A DNA stretch of 64,000 nucleotides from Gammaproteobacteria bacterium (GTDB lineage: Bacteria; Pseudomonadota; Gammaproteobacteria; Eutrophobiales; Eutrophobiaceae), in NCBI GenBank assembly GCA_963422205.2, contig CAXMWX010000003.1:160001-224000 (forward strand), written 5' to 3'. Under the pieces are notes generated by a model. It saw nothing but the letters and a program-made list of their open reading frames with translations. It was not told the DNA's origin and ran no database searches. Within the stretch, counting starts at the first letter, position 1; every line of letters begins with the position of its first letter. Positions 10,577 through 21,578 of the stretch are shown piece after piece. A program made the position numbers and the translations under genes.

Positions 10577-13204
10577 TCAATACGAATAAGAGACACGCAG
10601 GCCAATCGTGCGCTTTTCTTGCGGCGACACGGCGATACCCTGACGTGCGGTCAAGGTCTGAAAGAAGGTTGGCACACTGAAATCGCTCCAGCGTGAGCCG
10701 GCTGACCAGGCATCCTCATCCAGGAGGTTGTTGATAAAGACCTCGGTGCGTACACGGCCATTATCTACACCCGCACGCAGGTGCATCAGGAAGTAGTCGT
10801 CCGTCTCTGCCAGGTTGGCCTCATCCACAAAGGCTTTACCAAAGTAGATGGTGTCCAGCCGGACAAAGGCTTGCATCTCATGACCAAACCAGGACACCTG
10901 ATCGCTGTAGGTGGTTGAAAGATTCCCGCTCCATTCAGGGAAACGCGGCTGGGTATTGCCTTTCATATTGGTGAATCCGGCAATGGGCTGGGTAAAGTTA
11001 AAGAGATAATCCTTAAACTCATTTCTCGCCCAGGTGAGATTCAGCGCCGCAGTCAAGTTTTGCCGGATTGCCACAACGCTTTCCAGTTCAATGCCGTACA
11101 GCCTGGCATCACCGGTTACCAGGGCGTTTCTGCTATTGAAGAGTGGCGTGAGTCCCCCCATGCCATCGCTGATCATGGCCGGGTCGCCCAGGCGAATGCC
11201 ATCGCTGACCATACAGCCGGACTGCATCCCGTCACCAAACTTCATTGCATCACAGGTCTCGTTGATCAGCGCGGTGGTGCGCCCTTTCTGGTTACGCCAT
11301 TGATTGTAATAACCCGCCAGTGAAAAACGCGCCCGCCCATCCCAGAACACCTGCTTTAAGCCCAGTTCAAAGGCATCAAGCAATTCAGGTTTGGTGATGA
11401 CGCCCGCTGAGGGCAGCTGTGCGGCATACTGTGCCCGCTCCCGGGCATCGGCCCGTTGCAGGTCGGTATTGATATCCCCATTCAGCACCCCCCTGGCGTA
11501 GCTGAAATACAGCGTGGTATCGGCAACCGGCTGATAACGGATGATGGCACGTGGCAGAAACTTCTTCGTGCTGATCGTACTGGCACCGGCACCAAGACCG
11601 TCCGCACCAACCCTGCCCCCCTTGATGAGATCATCCTGCTGCCAGCGCCCTTCAAAGCTCAAGGTGATCTGCATCGTCAGATCATACTCCAGGGAACCAA
11701 ACACCCCTAAGACTTCGGACTGATCATTATTTGCATAGCCATTGGGGAAAAACAGCGCGCTGAAACAGGGGCCATTGTCGACTATAGCAAAACACCCCGT
11801 CGCCGAATCACCCCCACTGCCCGATGAGGTAAATTCCTGCTCATAGTAATTAATGCCGGCACTGGCACGCCAGCGATTATCCTCTGGCGTATAGATACGT
11901 GCTTCTACACTCCAGTCTTCGGCATATTGCGGGTCTCGCGATAACCAGCCAAAGCGATCGGTTAAGTCGAAATCACGAATCCAGTTTGCCCCCTGCCGGT
12001 TATAGCCGGTCAGAACGGCGCCTCCCCAGTCGTTATCATGCTCATAATCAACACGGGCACTGAAACGTCGGGTCTCACGTTTCAAGCCATTTTTGTCAAT
12101 CTCGGGAACACCGGTTGGTAGTCGGGCGGTGGCGATGCGATCGAGGAAAAAGGTACTGGCCGTTGGCCGAACAGTTTGTGCCGGCAGCAATACGCCGGTG
12201 TTAGAGGAGATGAGGCGCTGGCCTGCCACCGGCACGGCACTGTCAACATCCGGCACCGTCCCGCACACGTAGTTTCTTGGCATTGCCGTTTCACCGGAAT
12301 CTGTGGTGTAGGTTAAACCCGTGCAGGTATCGTTTGCCTCGCCGGCAATGAAACCGCCAGCCGCCGGCCCGTCATTATCTTCGGCATAGTGTCCGCGCAC
12401 AGTGATGGTCAGGTTATCTGTCGGCGCCACATACAGCTTGCCGGTAACAGACCAGGTCTCTTCATTGCCCAGGCGACCGCCATCGGTTGCCTGGTAATGG
12501 CCCCGCTTGTCATACAGACGTGCTGATAAAAACAACGCGGCCTGATCCGGCACGACCGGTACGCTGACATTGCCACTCAACTCATAACCGCCGCGATGAT
12601 CCACCCTGCCAGACGCCTTTCCTTCAACCTCTTCCAGGCTGGGTGTTTTGGTGATGAGGTTGACAGCACCGCCAAAGGTATTGCGGCCAAACTGTGCCGC
12701 CTGCGGGCCCTTGATGACCTCCACGCGCTCCACATCATCCAGCGCCAGGGAAGTCCCGCCATTCAGCACATAAACACCATCGATAAACAGGGCGCCGGTG
12801 GCAAAGCTGGGGGAGAACTGGGCTGTGTTCATGCCCCGAAAGCGTAGCTGGGTGTTGTAGCGTCCGGGCTGCTGGCCGCCCTGATTGTGAAACTGCAAAC
12901 CCGATGCCTGTAGCGATAAATCCTGCAACCCCTGAAAACCGGCATTCTCAATATCCTCTGCATTGAACGTTGTTATTGACAGCGGGATGTCCTGTAGACT
13001 TTCATCGCGTTTACGTGCTGTCACAGTAATCTCCTCCAGCGCTAAAACGCTGCTACCCCCCCCCCCCGGGGGGGGAGGAGATGAAGAGCTCGAAGACTGA
13101 GCAGCAACGAGGCTCGGTACGACCGTCAGTGAACCAACCAGCAAACCGAGCGTGATATATTGGCGAGTGATAGCGTGAAGATAAGTCGAATGGTTAATTT
13201 GCAT
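10577..13204 (-). CDS. TonB-dependent receptor
   Basis: Signal peptide, LEEITVTARKR, VERVEVIKGPQ..GGAVN plug, C-terminal beta strand GLRVSYSY. Confidence 0.93.
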   Translation of the reverse strand: MQINHSTYLHAITRQYITLGLLVGSLTVVPSLVAAQSSSSSSPPPPGGGGSSVLALEEITVTARKRDESLQDIPLSITTFNAEDIENAGFQGLQDLSLQASGLQFHNQGGQQPGRYNTQLRFRGMNTAQFSPSFATGALFIDGVYVLNGGTSLALDDVERVEVIKGPQAAQFGRNTFGGAVNLITKTPSLEEVEGKASGRVDHRGGYELSGNVSVPVVPDQAALFLSARLYDKRGHYQATDGGRLGNEETWSVTGKLYVAPTDNLTITVRGHYAEDNDGPAAGGFIAGEANDTCTGLTYTTDSGETAMPRNYVCGTVPDVDSAVPVAGQRLISSNTGVLLPAQTVRPTASTFFLDRIATARLPTGVPEIDKNGLKRETRRFSARVDYEHDNDWGGAVLTGYNRQGANWIRDFDLTDRFGWLSRDPQYAEDWSVEARIYTPEDNRWRASAGINYYEQEFTSSGSGGDSATGCFAIVDNGPCFSALFFPNGYANNDQSEVLGVFGSLEYDLTMQITLSFEGRWQQDDLIKGGRVGADGLGAGASTISTKKFLPRAIIRYQPVADTTLYFSYARGVLNGDINTDLQRADARERAQYAAQLPSAGVITKPELLDAFELGLKQVFWDGRARFSLAGYYNQWRNQKGRTTALINETCDAMKFGDGMQSGCMVSDGIRLGDPAMISDGMGGLTPLFNSRNALVTGDARLYGIELESVVAIRQNLTAALNLTWARNEFKDYLFNFTQPIAGFTNMKGNTQPRFPEWSGNLSTTYSDQVSWFGHEMQAFVRLDTIYFGKAFVDEANLAETDDYFLMHLRAGVDNGRVRTEVFINNLLDEDAWSAGSRWSDFSVPTFFQTLTARQGIAVSPQEKRTIGLRVSYSY
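13056..13075. repeat. adjacent C12 and G8 homopolymer tracts in the TBDR 5' coding region
   Basis: C12 at 13056-13067 then G8 at 13068-13075; encodes PPPGGGG. Confidence 0.9.
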
Positions 13205-13367
13205 CTTGGTTAAGCTCCTTCATAAACGCTAGGTATGTTTATGTATAGTATTGGGAAAGTCGCCGTTTCCCTGTAATGACTGGAAAATCGCACCGTTGCA
13301 TCCCATATCCCTAAGGCCAGGCGTGAGCATCGGTCGTGATCACCAAGCGCTGCATGATATACCTGCT

Positions 13368-13409
13368 ATATTAACATATTGTTATATATTTGTAACAATA
13401 TGTTAATAT
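13368..13409. promoter_or_regulatory. perfect 17-bp inverted repeat, candidate operator between divergent TBDR and CpcT-like gene
   Basis: ATATTAACATATTGTTA-N8-TAACAATATGTTAATAT. Confidence 0.7.
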
Positions 13410-13474
13410 GAGCGGCTTGGCTGTTAGGATATTTCTCTGCGCTCTATAACGAAAAACCTTCGGAGTATGCGGTC

Positions 13475-14473
13475 ATGATGTTCATACTGAAGCCTAAACC
13501 CGATACGGCCTTGCCAGTCATGCTGCTGATGTTTTTCCCCTTCACCATGCAGGCAACAGCACAGGGGCTTGACAGCGAGCCGGCGATGCGTATGCGCCTG
13601 ATTATTGCAGAGATGTTGCCGGGGATTTATGACAATATGAATCAGGCGTATTTTGATCGGCGCCGTAATCTGGATAAGCCGCAGCAACATGAACGCCGAC
13701 ACCTCACAATTGAACGACTGGAGTCTGCAACACCTGACAGGCATTCTTATCGAATCCTCGAATACAAAGCGGGGGCTGACCGGGAGCTTCTGCGGCAAGC
13801 GATATGGCAACTCACCCCCGATCCCGCTCGCCCTGAACAAGTACGCATGCGGATCTACCCGGTATCAAACAACCGCCCTGTGAGAGATGTGCCAGCAAGT
13901 GCTGATGGCGGCTGGTTGCCGGAAGATTGTGACATCTTGTGGGAGCGCCGTGCTGGCCAGTTCTACGGCAAGCCTCATGATACCTGCGATAAGGCCATCG
14001 GGGTACACATGCTGTCCGAAGATGGCTTATGGTTTCACCAGATGCACAAAAACAGCCGCGGTGAAATCGTACCGACCCACCCCGGCAATACCCCCTATGA
14101 ACTGGAACGGGCGCGGATTTTTCATTGCTATGCCGATGTGCCTGGCGTTGGCGGCGGCAGGGCTGTCCCCTTCAGGCGTTACGGGCCTTACCTGTTGCAT
14201 GACAAAGGGGGTAGAACATCGTTTATAATTGCAGATAAAGATAAGCGCAAGATAGCAATCAGGCTGAATAATGTGACCTGGCGAATCAATAATGAAAAAA
14301 ACCTGTATACGCGCAACTCGCTGGTGCTGTATATTGAGCAGACAGTGAATAACGAGACGCAGCAGCAATACAGCTTTACCGAGCCCTCAGCAACCCGACT
14401 CGGTTTAAATGTAGGCGCTGTACTGGTAAATTGTGCAATAACACCACGAAGCGAGGCCCGTCCACGCCTGTAA
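13475..14473 (+). CDS. secreted CpcT/CpeT (T-type bilin lyase)-like protein with extra C-terminal domain
   Basis: LPGIYDNMNQA, RQAIW, CDILWERRAGQFYG..C, LSEDGLW, PYELER resemble the CpcT/CpeT pattern; signal-peptide-like N-terminus. Confidence 0.68.
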   Translation: MMFILKPKPDTALPVMLLMFFPFTMQATAQGLDSEPAMRMRLIIAEMLPGIYDNMNQAYFDRRRNLDKPQQHERRHLTIERLESATPDRHSYRILEYKAGADRELLRQAIWQLTPDPARPEQVRMRIYPVSNNRPVRDVPASADGGWLPEDCDILWERRAGQFYGKPHDTCDKAIGVHMLSEDGLWFHQMHKNSRGEIVPTHPGNTPYELERARIFHCYADVPGVGGGRAVPFRRYGPYLLHDKGGRTSFIIADKDKRKIAIRLNNVTWRINNEKNLYTRNSLVLYIEQTVNNETQQQYSFTEPSATRLGLNVGAVLVNCAITPRSEARPRL

Positions 14474-14527
14474 TCACACGTATCATCAACCTCAACCTCT
14501 GAACCTGGCCTGCAAACCCACGTGAAA

Positions 14528-15898
14528 ATGACCAGCGAGAATCACACCGATAAACAGCCGGATACCGCGTATCCTGAATCACGCTATGCCTGGTATGTGG
14601 TCACCCTGTTGACTCTGGCCTATATCGTCTCCTTCATCGACCGCCAGGTATTGAATCTGCTGGTGCAGCCGATTAAGGCCGATCTGGGGATCTCCGACAC
14701 ACAAATCAGCCTGCTCATGGGGCTGGCCTTTGGGATTTTTTATACGCTGATGGGGATCCCCATCGGCCGGCTGGTGGACCGGTACAGCCGCCGCCTGATT
14801 ATCGCCGGCGGTATTACGCTGTGGTGTCTCATGACGGCAGGCTGTGGTCTTGCAAAGAGCTATGCCCAGCTGTTTGCCTTCCGTATAGGCGTAGGAATCG
14901 GCGAAGCCTCTCTGACCCCCAGCGCCCTGTCACTTATCAGCGATTATTTTCCCAAAGAAAAACGCGGGCGCGCCATCAGTTTCTACAACATGGGTATTTC
15001 CCTGGGGGTGGGCATCGCCATGATCCTCGGCGGGCTGGTCATTGGCTATGTGCAAAACGCCCCTCCTCTTGAACTGCCCATTGTCGGTGAATTGCGCGCC
15101 TGGCAGACGGTCTTCCTGATGGTTGGCTTGCCTGGAATCCTCATCGCCTTACTGATGGCAACAGTCAAAGAACCCATCCGCAAAGAAATGCTGGCAACAC
15201 AAGACAGTGCCAACCCTTCATTACCCATACGCTTTGTTTTTCGCTATCTCGGCGAGCGCTGGAAAACGTACACCACGCTGTTTTTGGGCATGTCGATAGT
15301 CACCGTTATTGGCTATGCCTATTTTTCCTGGATACCCACCATGTTTACCCGCACATACGACTGGACGATAAAAGACATCGGGCTTGCCTACGGGATTGTC
15401 CTGCTCATATTTGGCCCGATCGGTGTCAACTTTGGTGGCTGGTTAGCAGATCACCTGTATAAAAAAGGCCACAAAGACGGACACATGCGCGCCACCTTCA
15501 TTGGCGCCGCTATTACCGTACCAAGCGCAACACTGGCACCGCTCATGCCAACCCCGGAACTGGCAGTCGTCATGTTGATACCGGCTTCCATTGGCCCGGC
15601 GATGACGACCGCCACAGGCGCATCATCATTGATGATGATCACGCCCAATCAAATGCGAGGCCAGTTCTCCGCACTGTATCTGTTCGTTATTAACATCCTT
15701 GGCTTGACTATTGGCCCAACGGCCGTTGCTGTGGTGACTGATTATGTCTTCAAAAATGAATCCGCCCTGCATTATTCTATCGTGCTGGTCTCATTTATTG
15801 CCGGGCTCATCGCACTGGTTTTTCTTTACATCAACCTTGCACATTATCGAGAGAGTATCGAAGAGTCTGAAAGCTGGGGACACATGGATAAATTGTAA
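14528..15898 (+). CDS. MFS transporter (spinster-like)
   Basis: SFIDRQ, GRLVDRYSRR, RIGVGIGEA; paralog of 4807..6138. Confidence 0.92.
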   Translation: MTSENHTDKQPDTAYPESRYAWYVVTLLTLAYIVSFIDRQVLNLLVQPIKADLGISDTQISLLMGLAFGIFYTLMGIPIGRLVDRYSRRLIIAGGITLWCLMTAGCGLAKSYAQLFAFRIGVGIGEASLTPSALSLISDYFPKEKRGRAISFYNMGISLGVGIAMILGGLVIGYVQNAPPLELPIVGELRAWQTVFLMVGLPGILIALLMATVKEPIRKEMLATQDSANPSLPIRFVFRYLGERWKTYTTLFLGMSIVTVIGYAYFSWIPTMFTRTYDWTIKDIGLAYGIVLLIFGPIGVNFGGWLADHLYKKGHKDGHMRATFIGAAITVPSATLAPLMPTPELAVVMLIPASIGPAMTTATGASSLMMITPNQMRGQFSALYLFVINILGLTIGPTAVAVVTDYVFKNESALHYSIVLVSFIAGLIALVFLYINLAHYRESIEESESWGHMDKL

Positions 15899-16077
15899 AT
15901 AAACTGGTTTGCCGCTTTCCGGCTGACCAAATGCGTGCGAAAGATGGCTGTGCAGTGGTGTTGATTGTGTCAACTTTCGTTGGATTTTCGCTGCTGAACT
16001 GTTAGGGGAAGGGCTTACACTTCCGGTCTGTCCACCTGCCTGCTGGCCCGTCCGGTCACTCACCCCTGATCATTGCT

Positions 16078-16302
16078 CTAGTCATTACTGATCAGCACCT
16101 CGCCTGCTTCTTTCTGTTTCCCTTTCTGCACTGAGTAGCGGGTCTTGACGGCCTTGATAGCAAAGCCCTTGAACAACTCCCGCACCTCTGGCACGTCATT
16201 CAGTGACAGGATAAAGCGTCCCTGGATGCTGGTCAGCAATTCACTCAAGACACCGAAGTCATCCCTATGGAATAAGTCCTTATCTTAGTAATGCTCACAG
16301 CG
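16078..16302 (-). pseudogene. C-terminal remnant of a phage-type DNA adenine methylase (Dam/D12 class)
   Basis: Manual translation CEHY*DKDLFHRDDFGVLSELLTSIQGRFILSLNDVPEVRELFKGFAIKAVKTRYSV..GEVLISND*; no start, internal TAA at 16285-16287. Confidence 0.75.
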
Positions 16303-16597
16303 ATCTGGCGATTAAAGATCAACAGATCGCTGTCCCAGGCAAGCGAACTGACTTTCACTCAGCAACCAAGATATCCACCGGCTTCAAATGTATGCAGATA
16401 CTCCAGCTAGTCAGGCCAATACTTTTGCGTTTGCTCACAACTGGCAATCACTTCAGTTCAAATAACATGGTGCTGCTTGCGAGGCAACCGGGTGCGTCAA
16501 TAGGGTAACTGGTAGTTATTGCAATTATCGACTGCCTTTTGGGTATCAACCAGACCGCAGACTTTAGGCGAAATCAAATTCCACCCGGGCTATGGGC

Positions 16598-17857
16598 TTA
16601 TACCTTGTCAATCGCTTCGGCATCCGCCAATGCGGTGTGGTAGGCTTTGCGTGCCATAAAGAACATCAGCGTTGCCAGGGTTAAACCGAAAGTGCCGACG
16701 ATAGAGAGTGAATAGCGAATCATCGACAGATCCGCAAAGGCTTTCTCGGTCAACAAAGTGACCAATGTCGGCCCTAAGCCTAAACTGATCAGCGACTGAA
16801 CGAAAAAATACACCGCGGTAATCTGGCCTCTCATACGGGCGGGGGAGGCCAGTTGCAATGCGGCGGCGGCCACGCCAAAGGTGGCACCGGTGAGCAACTG
16901 AGTGGGCATGGATACCAACAGCGCCAGCGTGTGGCTGGGCATCAGCGGGTAGATCAGCCGCAGCCAGAGCGACAGGAATGCAATGGTCAGCAGTATCAGC
17001 ATTTTGGCATCGCGCCCGACTTTCGCCGAGATGCGGTCGGTGACCAGGCCGCCGATCAGTGCGCCGACAAACTGCCCGGTTGTCGCGGCAATGCCGTACA
17101 AAATGCCGCTCTCTTCCGGCGGCCAGCCGTAGGTTCGGTCAAAAAAGGTGATGTCCCAGAATGCCCCCGCATAACTGCCCATATTCAGGCAGCCCACACC
17201 CACATAAATCCCTAAAAATACGCGCCAGTGTGTGCGTACATAGGCGATCACCTGCGGGATGGAGGGCACTGCATTGTGGCTGTCGGCCTGACCGGTTCGC
17301 TGCGGCTCTCTGACGGTAAACAACAGCAAGGACAGGAATAAACCCGGCAGCCCCACCGCCAGAAACACAATCCGCCAGGGCGTTAAATCGCCGAAAAGCG
17401 CCACCTGAACATAGCCTTGATCGGCGACCAGATCATTGGCCCAGCCCAGCACCCAGGCACCGCCTAAGAAGGCAAAACCGAAGCCAAAGGCGCCGCCCAT
17501 AGTGCAAATGCTGATGGCGATGGTGAGTCGCTTGCGCGGGAAAATATCGGCCAGACCGCAGGCGGCCGTTGCTACTGTCCATATCACCACCCCGGCAAAA
17601 ATCAGCCATTTCCGGTTGTAGGAATCGGCCATGCGACCCAAGGGGATGCCAAAGATGGTGTAGAAGAGCACAAAGCTCAAACCGCCGATATAACTTAACT
17701 GCAAATCTGATAAGCCGATCTCCTCTTTCATCCCGGGCACAAGAATGCCGATGATTTGTCTGTCCACGAACGAGAAAACAAAAAATACCGCAAACAGGAT
17801 GGCGACATACCAGGCGTAAGCCGAAATTTTTTCAGAGGGACTGTCTACGGATGACAT
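16598..17857 (-). pseudogene. spinster-like MFS transporter with in-frame internal deletion
   Basis: Reads ACGLA-DIFPRKR; both paralogs have about 28 more residues here, including the TM4 RxxVGIGEA motif. Confidence 0.72.
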
Positions 17858-17916
17858 CTGATGAAACCTTTATGAATGGGAAGAAAAAACACGGCACCTG
17901 CATCGACTAAAACCGC

Positions 17917-18578
17917 CTAGTCTTGCTTTTTGAAAGGATTGTCCTGACCTAACTGATTTTTAATGGCGCTACGCAGGAAAGCGGCCGACTCATCAACCAG
18001 ATAGGGCCCTTTGACTTCGATTCCGGTTGCGGCCAGGGCGCCCATTGTCGAAGCGGGTAGTTGTGAGTTGCCCGTATCGGGGAAATACTCCTTGTAGATT
18101 TCATCCACCTGCTTTGCCGAGACCGCATACACAACCCGCCCAATCCTCGACCAGAAAATAGCCCCCGCAAGGGCTCGGCGCTGGTGTAAATCGTCGCTTC
18201 TCTCAACTTGTCCCGGTCTTCCTTCCAGTGCATGCCCGAATCAAAGACCTTGCTCAACAGGGTCATCTTGGCATGGCGGGTGGCATCGCCTTTGCGGGCC
18301 ACCGTATTCCAGGCCTCCATGGTGCGGCCATCTGTAAACCGGATCAGGGCGCCATAGGGGCGGTTTGAGCCGTTTTCAGGCTTGATTCCCTGTCGGGCGA
18401 CCTCGATGGCGCGGCGCAAATAGGTCTCATCTTCGCCGCCTAAGGGCATGGTATTGAAGACCTCAGATGAATTTTCAGGCTTCTTATCAGCCAAGGCCGC
18501 CGGGGCAGCGCCGGCAGAGAATAACGTCATTCCCAGCACACTCTTTTTTAACGCCTCTCTTCTGGAAAGATTGCACAT
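17917..18578 (-). pseudogene. Tat-exported nucleoside/guanine deaminase-like protein, frameshifted
   Basis: SRREAL Tat signal, YLRRAIEVA..RPYGALI, HAK in place of HAE, IYTSAEP then frameshift into AGAIFWSRIGRVVYA with CxxC missing. Confidence 0.82.
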
Positions 18579-18733
18579 AATCGGTCACCCGCTATCGAAA
18601 CATTGAATCACATAACAAAATACTGAGTGCCCAAGCCGCTTATTAACCAGGCGACAGGCGGCCAGCAACGTCTGGCTGCTGACCGCTACTGACCATTTGG
18701 CTGGCTACTTGACTGGCGATAACAGGCAACGGG

Positions 18734-20628
18734 CTAGAACTGATAACCTACGCGAAAAATAACCTGTCGTGGTGCAACATATTGCTCTGACGTTTGGCCG
18801 ACACCGAACACATTGGTCCAGCGCGCATTAATCTCATCGTCATCCGCCAGGTTGGTAAGGAGCAGATCCAGATTCCAGTCGGCATCATCCGGCTGGTAGC
18901 TAAAGGACAGATCCCAAATATCAGAGGCAGGCACTCCTAGCCCCGGGTCATTGAAGATCGTATAGTCATAGCTGCCGACATGGGTGTAGGTGAGAGACGA
19001 TGTCAACAAGCCGGCGGGCATTTGCCAGGCGTGGGTCAATGTGATGTTGGCAGAAAACTTGGGCAATTTCGGTGGCTTGTTGCCGTTGAGATTGACCACT
19101 GAATCGTCCCCCAAGGTGGCTTGCCCCTGTGACCTTGCCAGACGTGCTGTCAAGGGGCCAATTGCCCGATGATCTGTGTCAACTTCACCATCCAGAAATG
19201 AGAGGTTCGCATCCAGCCGCAGGGTATGCGGCGCGGTATCTATCAGCAGCCCCTGAAACTCGGTTTCCAGCCCGTATATTCTGACATTATCCACATTGCC
19301 GACACCGTTAGTAAAGCGCCTGAAGTTGTCGCCGTGAAACTGAAAGCCGTCGTAGTCATAAAGAAATGCCGCCGCATTCAACTGATACCTGCCATCGCCA
19401 AACCGGCTTTTCAGTCCCAGTTCAAAAGACGTGACTTCCTCTTCTGCAAACACATCGTCAATTAAGGATTCAGCCCCTCTTTCATTCAGCGTATTGACGC
19501 CGCCCGGTTTCAGGCCGGTGGTCACGGCAAAATAAACCATGGCATCAGCCAGTCTATGCGGCTGTCGTCTGCATTGGAAATCAGGTCGATTTCCTGGGTG
19601 AGAATATCCCGGTCCTCACTGATAATACCGACAACGGCCTGAGGTCGGAAAAAGCTGGGGTCGCCCAGGTCGCTGTCCCGATTGCGCTCCACAGCCTCCA
19701 CATCCTGAAAGGCGGTAATGCTTTTGAGTGTCGCCCAGGACATGTCGTACTGCATTTCAAGATCTACCGATTGTTGATCGATATCGGTGGTGCCCACCTG
19801 ATTCTGCCGCACTCGCCGAACATCGGTTCCCGGATCCAGAACATTGCGCTGGCCGTTGGCGTTGGTATCGCTTTTGTACTTGCTAGCGCGCAATACCGCA
19901 GAGAACTCGGCGGTCGGCTGCCACAGGAATTGCCCGCGGATGGCCAGATTGTCGGCCTCGTCAAGTTCAGTGCCCGCCAATGCGGTATCGACAATTTCCG
20001 TGAAACCATCGCGTGTGTGCCGGGATACAGCAATGCGCGCCGCGGTGGTATCGCCGAGCGGGATGTTGACCATGGCCCTGGCCTTCAGGTGAGCGTAGTT
20101 GCCGACCGCAAGATCGGTCTTGCCTTCAAACTGATTCAACTCCGGACGGCGGGTGGTAATGTTGATAGCGCCGCCGGTGGAGTTTTGCCCGAACACAGTT
20201 CCCTGCGGGCCGCGCAACACCTCGATGCGCTCCACATCCAGAAAATCGGCATTCAGCGAATAGGTAAACGGCATAAACACCCCGTTGACATGCATGGCCA
20301 CACCGGGCACTGACTGCCCGTTTTGGTTGGCCTCATGACCAATGCCACGGATGGTGACAACCTGCTTTGGCCCTTCGTTCTTGTTGATCGTCAATCCCGG
20401 CACCTTGCCGCTGAGATCGACAACGCTGTTGATATTGGCGCGATCCAGACCCTCGGCGGTAAAGGCCGAGACGGCGACCGGCGTCTCCTGAAGACTGGTC
20501 TCCCGCTTTTCGGCTGTTACTGTGATTTCTTCTAAAACTGAAGCAGCATGAGCAAACAGGGAGCCTGTGGCGAGAACAATCCCCGAAATCATGGTTGCGA
20601 AAGCTGCTGGGTTTTTCTGATGATTCAT
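18734..20628 (-). pseudogene. TonB-dependent receptor with internal deletion and frameshift
   Basis: N-part (LEEITVTAEKR..ERIEVLRGPQG) ends at IDWL; C-part resumes in another frame at DAMVYFAVTTGLKPGG and ends RVGYQF. Confidence 0.85.
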
Positions 20629-21578
20629 GATTTTTTCCTGGAACTGGTGAGTTAAGTGGTAATTAAAATTGAATTAAAAATTGCTTTTCTTGCGGCCTGG
20701 AAAGTATCACTGATTGTGATCACAGTAAATGATGCTTTGAAGAATCTTATCAGTCCCCTGGTCACCGGCAAATTTAACGTCTGCATTGATTTTGAACAGC
20801 ACAACGTGTGACCATACAGCCTGGAATATGCGGTTGTTGCCACCGATATTAACAACAGCAGTCGCCGCAAACCGCCCCTGGGCAGCTGTGCCAGATCCCC
20901 CGTGCCACTTACCAATACCTTCGTCAAGCGGGCTGCCCGTGGCGATGTCAACATCCCCCTGTTTCGCACCAACCGGCCATGCAGAACGCCGTACCTGCCG
21001 CCAGGGCGACCATCGCCTTTCGCAACCCCCCCGACATGGATACCGATAACTCCCTCCGCTTTATGCCCCAGGCCGCCATCGGAAACTGGCTGAGACTGAA
21101 AGGATAACCGCTGGGCGGAGACGAACCATGCCCAGGTATGGCCAGGTATGACGATTACAGAAACGGGGCAACGGCCGCCGGGTGACGCTGGTCAATCCGT
21201 CGCTGCCGATTCAAGATAGCCGATCGCCTCCATGAAACAACAGGTCTGGGAAACCACAGGTCTGGGGCGTGATGATTGCTAACCTAAGGATACTTTCAAC
21301 TCAACCAGATGGGAGAGAACGCTGCTGGGGTAGCGAATGCCCTGTGCTTCAGAGACGCCGAAGGCGATGATTTCCATGCGGTGCAGGATGGTCTGGAAGG
21401 GGCATACTGCTGGCCGGTCCGGTCACGCCATAGGGCCTCAGCCACAGCGCCGTTTGACATTGACCGCCGACGATCTGCATGGAACCGTGCCGCTCATGAT
21501 CGCCGCTCTTCCGTGAACATGTCGTATGCACAAGAGTACGACCCTGGCTGGCGAACCAGCAGTGGCCGTATTGTCAGG

